Position numbers and translations under genes: made by a program. The notes under the pieces were generated by a model. That model was not told the DNA's origin. It did no database searches and worked only from the letters and a program-made list of their open reading frames with translations. A stretch of 36,017 nucleotides of DNA, taken from NCBI GenBank assembly GCA_030141605.1, contig JAQGDQ010001528.1, positions 1 to 36,017 of the forward strand, given 5' to 3'. This DNA is from Tubiluchus corallicola (Eukaryota; Animalia; Priapulida). This document shows positions 13,660 to 26,201 of the stretch, one piece after another; the first letter of the stretch is position 1, and the number at the start of each line of letters is the position of its first letter.

Positions 13660-14030
13660 ACAAAACAATATACAATACAATATACAATACAATACACAAT
13701 ACAATATATAATACAGTATATAAAAAATCTCACAACATACGAAGCATATCAACACTTGGGTATAATCGTCGTAATTATTGAAACAGTATTTAAATGTAAG
13801 TTAAAGATAAAACAATATTTCTATATTCTAAAATTTAACATTTATCTCATCTTGTCACGGCAGCAAATTTAAAATTATTCCACAAAAGATTGTGTTCAGG
13901 TCGACTTTGATAATTTTCTCAAATGCAAAAGGCACATTTAATGTAATTTATTTTTTTGTAATATTTTTTTGTGTTATAATGTACACTGTTGCATTGTTAT
14001 GTGTTTGTACACTGTTATAAATTTGAAATT
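13660..14030 (-). mobile_element. Possible decayed CR1/L2-type LINE 3' end with (TTGTA)n tail
   Basis: Minus-strand peptide remnants SVHYNTK...KLH and LWNNF resemble LINE ORF2 C-termini, followed by a pentamer tail at ~13665-13720. Heavily degenerate. Confidence 0.3.
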
Positions 14031-14123
14031 ATGCTTTAAATAATACTAAGACCATGATGGTAAAGTTTCAGCATTTATTCCACAGTGCACGGGTATATGC
14101 AGTCATACAGTAGCTAAAATGAA

Positions 14124-14159
14124 AGACATAAGACTTTTCAGCAGAGCTCTTAAGTGTCT
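14124..14159 (-). ncRNA. Minimal type I hammerhead ribozyme motif (degenerate) in the left Penelope pLTR
   Basis: Minus strand reads AGACA CTTAAGA GCTCTGCT GAAA AGTCT TA TGTCT: stem I AGACA/TGTCT, a CUGANGA box with G>T, GAAA and a UUA cleavage triplet. Confidence 0.65.
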
Positions 14160-14827
14160 GTTTCTACAATTATATCAAAATATCAAAGCACAAAACTAAA
14201 ATTGTTGCTGAAAGCAGCCATGTTTGTTACTGAATAAAATTACTGCTAGATTCAGGAACTCAAAACAGAGACAAGTTAGTAACATGTTCTTTTTATCTAC
14301 ATAGAATTGGATCTTTAAAATTTATGCTATTGCTTCAAAAATTTCAAGATACCGATCTGATCTGCACTTGAATATAACTTTGAAATTTTTGAAATTCGAA
14401 GTATTGTAATTATCTGGACATGACTGATTGTTGTGTAAATACTGGGCTATAGCAAATGTGGCGTCGTCTTGGTTTGTAGCTAACTTACTTTTGCTTTGTC
14501 TAGTGGCTGTGGATTTTGTTCTTTTCCATACCAGTATGTGTTGTTCCACTCCGTCAATCAGTTTTTGAGATGTTCTGCCCACATTCGTGTCTCCACAATT
14601 GCAAGTAAATTCGTAAACAACATTACTAACATTGTGGGCTTTATCTTGGTAATATTCATAAATTTTAAAGATCCCATTTTATGTAGACAAAAAGAACATG
14701 TTACTAACTTGTCTCTGTTTTAGTTACAGAATCTAGTACTAATTTTATTCAGTAACAAACATGGCTGCTCTCAGCAATAGTTTTAGTTTTGTGCTTTGAC
14801 CTAACATTTTCCTATAATTGCAGAAGT

Positions 14828-14863
14828 AGACACTGAAGAGCTCTGCTGAGAAGACTTATGTTT
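14828..14863 (+). ncRNA. Minimal type I hammerhead ribozyme motif (degenerate) in the right Penelope pLTR
   Basis: AGACA CTGAAGA GCTCTGCT GAGA AGACT TA TGTTT: intact CUGANGA, with GAAA mutated to GAGA. Confidence 0.65.
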
Positions 14864-15574
14864 TTCATTTAGTTACTGTATGACTGCATATACCTGTGCA
14901 CTGTGGAATAAATGCTGAAACTTTACCATCATGGTCTTAGTATTGTTCAAAGCATTATTGAAATTCTGTACCACCAAGAACCTATTTAGATTTTTAATCG
15001 ATTAAGTTAAATTAATTAGATTATATTGTGGGTAGCAGTGAGATAAGTTTCGAAATAATCATTCTGTTTTACTTTAAAGAAAACTTCTTTGACAGAGTTT
15101 TGTTAACTAACTTTAACACAAAAGTCGTTCAGCCACATACAGCACGTGAAAAAGAATCCAAAATGTCAAATACTGCAAAAAGTTCACCTATTTCTGCCTT
15201 ACACTCACTAAAGCTACTAATGGGCATCAAATATTTTTACAGTTTCCCCATAATATGTATGTAATGCTTTTACGTTAAAAATCTGGAGAATATTTTCTGC
15301 CATTTCCGACAAATCAAATTTTTCTTTTATGTCTGTCTCCGTAATCTCGTTTGGTGGACGTCTTTTCCGCAAGGATTGGGCGAGAAAGATAAAAATGGCG
15401 AAGACGCAGTCAATGGATAATGGAAATTTATTTACGCATCGATGACAAATAAATAATTTAGAATTGAATATCGCGCTGGGAATTTCTGATTTCGTTTTTC
15501 CTCACAAAATCAATCACGATTATCATCCCTCAGAATGTCTGCGCCGTCTGCCCACGTGGAAAAGACTCTACAGA

Positions 15575-15647
15575 GCACCTCTGGTTAACATAGTTGCCCG
15601 GAACATAGAAGGTGAAGGTCTTGGGTTCGACTCCCAGCGGAAGTGCA
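15575..15647 (+). pseudogene. Degenerate tRNA-like unit 1
   Basis: Acceptor-like GCACCTC/GAAGTGC, T-arm TTGGG-TTCGACT-CCCAG with B box GGTTCGACTCC, followed by a T6 run. The D arm is partly deleted. Confidence 0.65.
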
Positions 15648-15710
15648 CATTTTTTCGAATTTAGTTTTGCTTTTGTTGCGTTTATGAAACTCGTTTAGTG
15701 TTGTATCTTG

Positions 15711-15750
15711 ATGCAGGCTTGATGAGTGTGAAAAGTGAGATTGCCTGTAT
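15711..15750 (+). ncRNA. Hammerhead-like motif overlapping the 5' end of tRNA-like unit 2
   Basis: ATGCAGGC TTGATGA GTGT GAAA AGTGAGATT GCCTGTAT: an 8-bp stem I encloses a near-consensus core. Stems II and III are weak and C3 is U. Confidence 0.4.
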
Positions 15751-15814
15751 GGTGTAATGGTTAGCATAGCTCGCCAGAAAGCAGAAGTCTTGAGTTCCAT
15801 ACCCACTAGATGCG
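15743..15814 (+). pseudogene. Degenerate tRNA-like unit 2
   Basis: 72 nt. A box TGGTGTAATGG at tRNA position 8, B-box-like GAGTTCCATACC, acceptor GCCTGTA/TAGATGC (5/7 pairs), downstream T run. Confidence 0.65.
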
Positions 15815-15970
15815 CAAAATTTTTCAGGCTTTCCAATTTAACATTGCTTTCGTGCATTTATAGGTTTGGTTTTTGTACAATGTTTTGATACAGTGTGCAC
15901 TGTCATTCCCCTTTGATAGACCTCTGGTAGTAGCTTGTAATTAAATTTATTAAGTCTGCAAACATCAGGT

Positions 15971-16040
15971 GCCTGTGTGGTGTAATAGATAGCATAGCTA
16001 TCTGCCAAGCAGAAGGTCTTGAGCTCGAATCCCAATGGCG
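15971..16040 (+). pseudogene. Degenerate tRNA-like unit 3 (loop CTGCCAA, Gly-GCC-like)
   Basis: GCCTGTGTGGTGTAATAGATAGCATAGCT...AAGCAGAAGGTCTTGAGCTCGAATCCCA is clearly paralogous to unit 2, 228 bp upstream. Confidence 0.65.
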
Positions 16041-16566
16041 TTACTAAAGCGTTTCAGACTTTCTCATCTTGAATTACTTGCATGAATTTATGTGATTAAG
16101 TAGGTAACGGATATCATTCCAGAAACGCTACAGCTTCGAGGCGTCTGTGACGTCAGCACGAAATACGTCATCGAAGTCTCTAAATCTAAACCATCTACGA
16201 GGCTGATGTACTATGATCAGATGTAATGATTCAATCTCACCGTCTAGTAATTCGGATGCTATTACAGCTAAACTATTTCCGCTGTTACCGTAACTACAAT
16301 TGAGAGAAAATAATGGTTGCAGTTAAGCCTGGACAATATCAGTGCAATAGCACAAGTATTTTTGTCGGAAAGCTTGAAAGCGGTTCTGTTAAAAACATGT
16401 CAAACAGCAAAATGTGCACAATTATCGTTAGGAACAAAAATCGTTTTATCTTCTACATTTTTATTCAAATGAACATTTTCAGTTGATCGTATTTTACTGT
16501 TCATTGATTATTTTATAATAAAACATCTCATATAAATTAACGACAGCTGTAACGACAAATCGGGTC

Positions 16567-16795
16567 TGATGGTGTTGATGATCATGACGACGATGACGAC
16601 GACGACGACGACGATGATGGTGGTGGTGGTGGTGGTGGTGGTGATGATGATGTTGATGATGATGATGATGATGATGAAAATGATGACGGCGATGACAATG
16701 AGGACAATGAGGACAATAACAAAGAACAGCATGATGAAAGTGATGATGATGTTGATGATGACAATGACGACGACAACGATGACGACGACGACGAC

Positions 16796-16840
<45 letters not shown>

Positions 16841-16874
16841 AATGAGGACAATAACAAAGAGCAGCATGATGAAA

Positions 16875-16951
<77 letters not shown>

Positions 16952-16985
16952 AATGAGGACAATAACAAAGAACAGCATGATGAAA

Positions 16986-17030
<45 letters not shown>

Positions 17031-17145
17031 GTGACGACGACGATGATAATGACGTTGCCGACGATAGCGATGATGATGATGTCGATGATGATGTCGATGA
17101 TGATGGTAATGATGATGGTAATAATACTGATACTGACAAAATGAT
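16567..17145. repeat. Imperfect (GAT)n microsatellite with a thrice-repeated interruption
   Basis: GAT/GAC/GGT runs. ATGAGGACAATAACAAAGA(A/G)CAGCATGATGAAA occurs three times. Confidence 0.97.
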
Positions 17146-17602
17146 AACCGCTGTGTTTGTTAAATCCTTTCTAGTTGGATAGTTGGCACATGCATCCTGA
17201 GAATGACAGTGAACTTTTAAATTTCAGTGTTAATAAGCATTATTCACGTATTACAAGAGTCATATCTGACTCATGACTCATGTTCAACACTGCAATTTTT
17301 GTCGAAAATCTCTTGCTGCCTTTTATTGCTGCTTTAAGGTACGCTCAATAGTCAATAAGGTGTCGCTTCTTAAGAGACATGTTTAATTTACCGGTACTGC
17401 CACAACAAGCTGGATGCTGGTTTGCATGTACATCATTGCACAAAATATGGTAATTTTGATTTTTTATTAGCTCTTTGAAGCAGTTGTAAAAGAATTTGTT
17501 TATCTGAACGGGGAATTTTCGTTAGCACCAACTAGTATCATTAACTGTGTAACCTAAAATAGAATTATCAAAAATTCATTTCACTGAATTCTTTACAAAC
17601 AT

Positions 17603-18226
17603 TTAAAGCAAAACCGGACCCAATCTTAAACTGTAGGTCAAAACAATATACTCTTCAAAATGTTGAAAGAAAACATGCATTTTTTTTCAAAAACGACTTA
17701 CGTGAAACAATTATTATCACACAAACACAATTTCACATTCGCGCCACTAGTTCTTCGCTGTTACACGCATTTCGCCATTCGCTAGTTAGACGGCCACTAG
17801 CGCCTGCATTTCGGAAACGCATTGCACAAAGAATAGGTGCTGTACCTCTCAGTTCAGATGTGTTAGTTTGTGACGAACAACACACGTTCGGCAGTTCATG
17901 CGTGAACACAGCGGTAAATTTGAAATTTGAATTTTTATCTTAAAACCTGCCTAGTTTTAGTACAACGCACTGAATATCTTACAGTAGCACTGTACTTCAA
18001 TTTTCGTTTTCACAAACACCTGTAACGCGCTCGTGGAATATTTTTGATGTTGAAAATTATGTTCGTTTGTGATGTCATCAATAGTTGGGCTCGCCCGCCG
18101 TTTATAAAGTTTTTAATCTATTAGCTGTCAGAAACACTTTTGCAGTATTAATTGTGTTAAAATGTATAGTTTTTATCGGACTTGAAAATGGGGTAGTATA
18201 TGAAAAATCATCCGGTCTTCCTTTAA
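17603..18226 (+). mobile_element. Kolobok-like MITE module A, full-length copy
   Basis: TTAA-AGCAAAACCGGA ... TCCGGTCTTCCT-TTAA: imperfect TIRs (14/16 including TTAA) with TTAA on both sides. No coding capacity. Confidence 0.8.
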
Positions 18227-18235
18227 CTCAAACAT

Positions 18236-18630
18236 TAAGCCTTTTCATAGTTTCGTTGTGCGCACGCGCATTTGCTGTAGGTCAAAAGTTAAGTGCATCA
18301 CAGCAACTTGTCTTAACAAGACGCGTCAAGTGATATATGTGGGTAAAGCAAAGCCGTCTACCACATCCGTTCAGTAACTTCAGTTGTTTTACACGGACTT
18401 TAATTATGCATTAGTATGTGTGATGTAGAGGGATTTGCTAGCAGGATCTTGCTGGGAAATAAGAAAAAGTGAACTATGTAAGGTTCTAGTTAGCTGTTAA
18501 AACTGTTACTATTACAATAGCTTAGGCTATGAAACCTTGTCAAATGTACACAAATGCGCTGTGTGGTACACTTAACCTTTGACCGTTTCACGATCATCGT
18601 CAATCACTGAGACTTTGAAAAGACTTGTTG
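18236..18630 (+). repeat. Dispersed repeat module B, directly abutting module A
   Basis: Homologous to 6458-6830. Confidence 0.85.
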
Positions 18631-18676
18631 ACGCATAGCCGACAGGCCAATTAATTTCTTAAGTAAACTGTCGAGA

Positions 18677-19680
18677 GCTATAAACTAACACAGCATAGTG
18701 CTACTTTAAACGATAGTGTGAATTTTTAACATTTATAAGAGTATAGTAAAATTGATTGTAACTCCATTTTAGGCTAAACAACTATTGTTGCTACTTGATG
18801 CTATCAAATAACTATAAACTAGCTAGCTATAAACTAACATAGCATATNNNNNNNNNNNNNNNNNNNNNNNNNNNNNNNNNNNNNNNNNNNNTATAGTAAA
18901 ATTGATTGTTGTCTGAAAACATTTAGCTAGCCTGTTGACAAACTCAACTGGTCACTACAAAAATGCAAACAGTCTCCAGATCATACCACCATATTCACAC
19001 CGAATATTAGCATCCGTGTATAAACAAACAGCATTAATGACTCAGATAAAAGTACATAAATTATGTTACACATTCTATAACATACAATTCAAACCAACAC
19101 TGCACAGAAGTTACAGAACTTAGAAACATATTAATGATAATTAATCAGACTAATTAATAACTGACAATCAATAAAGTATTTTCAAGATTGCCCTTGCAGT
19201 TTTATCAAAACTCCATTTTAGGCTAAACAACTAATGCTGCTACTTGATGCTATCAAATAACTACAAACTAGCTAGCTAGCTATAAACTAACACAGCATAC
19301 TGTTACTTTAAATATAGTGTAAATTTTTGACATTTATAAAGGTATAGTAAAATTGATTGTAACTCTATTTTAGTCTAAACAACTAATGTTGCTACTTGAT
19401 GCTATCAAACAACTATAAACTAGCTAGCTATAAACTAACATAGCATACTGTCACTTTAAAAATAGTGTAAATTTTTGACATTTATAAAGGTATAGTAAAA
19501 TTGATTGTAACTCTATTTTAGTCTAAACAACTAATGTTGGTACTTGATGCTATCAAACAACTATAAACTAGCTAACTATAAACTAACATAGCATACTGTT
19601 ACTTTAAACTATAGTGAATCTTTAACATTTATAAAGGTTATTTATAAACAACTAATGTTGCTACTTGATGCTATCAAAAA
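18677..19680. repeat. ~149 bp tandem repeat, interrupted by an N gap and ~300 bp of unrelated sequence (~18910-19208)
   Basis: Recurring GCTATAAACTAACA(C/T)AGCATA...ATAGTAAAATTGATTGTAACTC...CTACTTGATGCTATCAAA. Confidence 0.92.
18848..18891. other. Assembly gap (44 N)
   Basis: Run of n. Confidence 1.
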
Positions 19681-20284
19681 CCTTCCTGCTTAAATAAACA
19701 TTGCCCTGCTCAAAATGCATGAGTTTAGTACCATTAATAGTGAATCAGCGTTTCTGCCGCTCTGCCCAGTAGAAGAATCTTAACCAAATTTGTTATTGAA
19801 ACTTGTTCACTCAATCTAGATCCTCAAGCAAACAAGCTTAGTGGCATCGCAGGCTGGAAGCAAGCATTGATTCGCCTGTAATTGCTAGTTTCAGCACTGA
19901 CTATATGTGATTTTAATCCGTCTAGATCTTGGTATTACATGTGTTGTCGCGCTTTCCACAATCACATTGACAACGATGTCTCTGCTAAACTGCGGTTTAA
20001 TTCAGAACTGATGAAAACTTATCTGCGCCTATCTTACAGGCAGCTGTGAGTGGTCTTTAAACTTTTGCGAAAACGTTTTGCTTATCAAAACTACTTAAAA
20101 ACCAGAGCGTATACGCGAACCGTTTAAAATGTTGTAATAGAAGGGTGGATTGACGTTTAGCGAAATGTTTTCTTGTAATTTACTTCGTGAAATTTGTAAG
20201 AAATAATTTCCACCAAATGCATGACATACCACAAATGCACATCATAAAGACATAAATACATTTAGCGTCCCATAACATCGCATG

Positions 20285-22381
<2,097 letters not shown>

Positions 22382-22740
22382 ACTCATTGACTGTAACAAT
22401 TTGACAGTTCAGTACAGAACTTTAAGCTGTCACATTTAACGCAATTGACCATCGACTAGCTTTCACCAGTTATTACGTGTTCACCAATATTGCAACTCAA
22501 AGCATCGTCTAAGAGCATTTGCTACAAGCTTTAGATTACCAGTAAATAAATTTGATCAGCAACTAGAATCTAATAGTCCCGATACATATTCATGGCATTA
22601 ATGCATTAGCAAATGAAACGATATTCAGTTTACATTAAACCGTAGCCACATAATCTCAACTCGCGTTGTTTTCTAGACCCACCTGCCACATTCTATGCCA
22701 AGATTATGTATGTAAATTGCTGATGTAATGAACGAAGATC

Positions 22741-22741
22741 G

Positions 22742-22808
<67 letters not shown>

Positions 22809-22833
22809 AGAGAGAGAGAGAGAGAAAGAGAAG

Positions 22834-22925
<92 letters not shown>
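22741..22925. repeat. (GA)n microsatellite
   Basis: Directly visible. Confidence 0.99.
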
Positions 22926-22929
<4 letters not shown>

Positions 22930-23105
22930 ATTTGATTTAATATTTTATTTTAAATTTCACAAAGTTCATATACGCATCACAAGTTAATACAAACAATTGT
23001 GGCTCACAATAATAACACAAATACCAATTAACGATATAACAAACTACACCAATAACGTCTAATTGCAGAAGTAAAGTTTACATCACTGTTAAAAATGTTC
23101 TTGCA

Positions 23106-23106
<1 letters not shown>

Positions 23107-23180
<74 letters not shown>

Positions 23181-23550
23181 AGGTGATAGATAGAGAGAGA
23201 AAGAAATGGAGAGAGAGGAAGAGATAGATAGAGAGAGAAAGAGAGAGAGAGAGAGGTGGAAGAAAGAAAGAGAGAGAGGGAGGAAGAGAGAGAGAGAGGA
23301 AGAGATAGATAGATAGAGAGAGAGGGGGGAAGAGATAGAATGAGAGAGAGAGAAGGGGTTGGAAGAAAGAGAGAGGGAGAGGGAGAGAGAAAGAGAAAGA
23401 GAGAGAGAGAGAAAAACAGAAAGAGAAAGAGAGAGAACAACAGGAGGGACAGAGAAATAGAGAGAAAAAAGAGAGAGAGGGAGAGGGGGAGAGAGGAGAC
23501 CACGACGACGACGACGTTAACGACGATGAAAGCGATGACGGCGACGATGT
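23107..23550. repeat. (TA)n, polypurine GA-rich tract and short (GAC)n
   Basis: Directly visible. Confidence 0.97.
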
Positions 23551-23829
23551 TGGGTCATGTAACATGTAGCAATCATAACAGTGACGTTTTTAAAAACATT
23601 TGAAATGACCAATGGCACGGGTTTTTAGTTAATGTAATTCCTGACTGGAACGTATTAATCGTTAGTAGAATGCGTGACGTTACTGTTCATTTTAGCCAAA
23701 ATTGATGTAACAAATTTATCAAGAGATCTTTATGCGTGAATTCTAGGTTTGGCATGATGTTATAAGTCCCAGGTTTTAATTATTGTTACTCTTCTGCGTT
23801 GTAATTACCTTGCAGAAGTTACAGATATA

Positions 23830-24039
23830 ATTATAATTAAGATCATGAGCTGAGAGGCGAAGCCTAGTCATGTGTATTCTCTCATATTCTTTTACATCTA
23901 AGGAAAGATTGACATACATATTAAATACAATTAAATCAGGGTTAAGCGATTTGTACACAACAAACTTTGATCTATTTGCTGCCATAACAGGTGCTTTTCT
24001 ATTAGCAATATATATCCCAATTATATAATCCTCATTCAT
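23830..24039 (-). mobile_element. Non-LTR retrotransposon ORF2 C-terminal fragment
   Basis: SKFVVYKSLNPDL...KEYERIHMTRLRLSAHDL matches the R-x-x-x-TRLRLS(A/S)HxL motif of LINE C-termini. It breaks off before the usual IETGR. Confidence 0.7.
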
Positions 24040-24120
24040 TACAGTAATACTTTACTAGTAACACGTTATATTACATTTGCATCGTGGGGCCTTGATATCT
24101 AGTGAGCTCAAGTTAGCTTA

Positions 24121-24620
24121 AACAACTGAAGTTACTGAACGGATGGGGTAGACGGCTTTGTTTTACCCATATATATCACTTGCGGTTTTGTTGAGACGCG
24201 TTGCTGTGATACACTTAACTTTTGACCTACAGCAAATGCGCGTGCGCTCAACGAAACAGTGAAAAGGCTTGTTGTTTCAGTTAAAGGAAGACAGGACCAC
24301 TTTCCATATACTATAGACTTTTCAAGTCCGATAAAACGTATACATTTTAACACGATTAATACTGCATAAGCGTTTCTGGTAATTAAAGAAGAGTAGATTG
24401 GAAACTTAATTAACGGCGGGCGAGCCCAACTATTGATGACATCACAAACTAACATAATTTTTCAACAGTAAATACATACCATGAGCGTGTTGCACGTGTT
24501 TGCGAAAGCGAAAATTGGAGTATAGTGCTACTGTAAGATATTCAGTGTGTTATCTTAAGTTTTAAGATAATAAAGATAAGAAACGAACACATCTGAACTG
24601 AGAGGTACAGCACCTGTTTT
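24121..24620 (-). mobile_element. Inverted partial copy of MITE module A plus module B
   Basis: TTAAAGGAAGACAGGA at 24281 is the module A terminus in reverse. ORF 24132-24455 resembles ORFs 18085-18333 and 28669-28956. Confidence 0.85.
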
Positions 24621-25099
24621 TAGGGCTTCAACGTTTATTGCTAACTTTCGCATAAATTTTAACATTTCTAGTTACGACAATTAACAAAGTGCTATGGAAA
24701 ATATTTAATACAATATTTAATATAGCATAAGTTAACCACAAATAAGACCTCACACCACAAGGCACGAATACCGATTCTGCTGGCCAGTAACTGCCTGTCT
24801 CCCTTGTGGGCAGTTAGTCTTGAATGACCTTCCACACTGACACACTGTTATCTAGAATGGTTCTATGGCGTTTTATGTTTTTATAGCAATAGTCAGTCGT
24901 GTTTAAGAAAGAGTGCTGTCTGCTGAACCATTGAGAAGTACAGCAGTGATATATTTCGTTTATGATGCAGATATTATTATTATTAATTAAATTTCATTTA
25001 TTTCAAAATAAAATAAATACAATTCATTCCATTTGCAGGGTAAGGTTGTACAATACAAATAAAAAGTACACTACATACTAAATATTAAAGGTCACTACA

Positions 25100-25146
25100 G
25101 ATACACGCACATACATATACACGCACATACATATACATACATACAT

Positions 25147-25230
<84 letters not shown>
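25100..25230. repeat. (TACA)n/(TA)n microsatellite
   Basis: Directly visible. Confidence 0.97.
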
Positions 25231-25232
<2 letters not shown>

Positions 25233-26148
25233 CAGTGAATTAATATACAATGAATAGATTAATGAATATTGTATGAATTTTTAAGATTTTTATCTGGCAA
25301 TTTGACACTATTGCAAAGGTAGCTACATGTATGTTACTATTTTTCACTATTTTTAACTGATATTTCGTGTACAATATCAATGATGGCTGCATGATGTACG
25401 ATAGATACTATGTACAATATTATACACGTACAATATCAATGATGGCTGCACATGCAGATACATCGCGGAAAATATACAGGTGTTCTAAATTTAGTGAAGG
25501 TAAAACGTTTTGCATAGAAGATTTAGCGTTGTTAGAAACAAAAGAGCAGTCAAATACTAAGTGTTCAGGCGTTTGTATATCTGTGAGGCACTTACAGTAA
25601 TTACTATAGGCTAGCCAATTGTATATGAGAAGGGGTCACTAAATTAGAGAGGAAACAGTCAAAATGGAAGACATTTTGTTTCTAGACTGTATTGTGTAGA
25701 ACCATTTGTGAATAATTTCTATGCTCAGTGACACAACTCAAGACTTCAAAGAATTCTTCTAATACTGAATTTCGTCAAGAGAATCCGTATTCTAATCGTT
25801 TAGACGAGTTTGCATTGAGAAAACGCAGCACTTCAAAGCGTGCCGCTCTAATTATCATTACAGCAGTTCGACTCTCCCACTCACTTTCTCTTTTTGTTTC
25901 ACAAATCTCTCTCTACCCCCCCCCTCTCTCTCCTGTTGTGTAGAATGATATTCGGTAGTGATGCTTTATTTGCTTCCACTGTAAGAAAGATTTGGAGAAA
26001 GATATTGTATACTTAATTTTTTATTTTTGTTGTTAGTCATTGATACAGTGCTTGAAGCCAAACAAATCATTTTTTGTAATGTTGTTTTGTTTATCTGCTA
26101 ATGTGTGTATTTACTTGTATTAATACAAAAGTAAATGAAAATAAATCA

Positions 26149-26151
<3 letters not shown>

Positions 26152-26197
<46 letters not shown>
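26152..26197. repeat. (CT)n microsatellite
   Basis: Directly visible. Confidence 0.98.

Positions 26198-26201
<4 letters not shown>

Larger units (their letters stand above)
14031..14957 (-). mobile_element. 5'-truncated Penelope-like retroelement with inverted pseudo-LTRs and a GIY-YIG endonuclease remnant
   Basis: ~300 bp inverted repeats (14031-14326 / 14657-14955). The spacer encodes, on the minus strand, SNVVYEFTCNCGDTNVGRTSQKL...AIAQYL...FKVIFKCRSDRYLEIFEAI. The right arm retains the C-terminus IFINFKDPILCRQKEHVTNLSLF*. TTGAAATT direct repeats lie at 14023-14030 and 14958-14965. Confidence 0.88.

Noticed and set aside
14899-14935. Second hammerhead-like motif in the Penelope arms (CTGTGGA...GCTGAAAC)
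   Set aside because: The core deviates from CUGANGA in both arms and I found no convincing stem I or stem III.
15575-16040. Functional tRNA genes
   Set aside because: Anticodon and acceptor stems contain multiple mismatches and the B boxes are degenerate in units 2 and 3, so they are treated as pseudogenes or repeat heads.
18085-18333. Apparent small protein family (ORFs 18085-18333, 24132-24455, 28669-28956)
   Set aside because: The similarity comes from MITE copies, and frames and stops are not conserved between copies.
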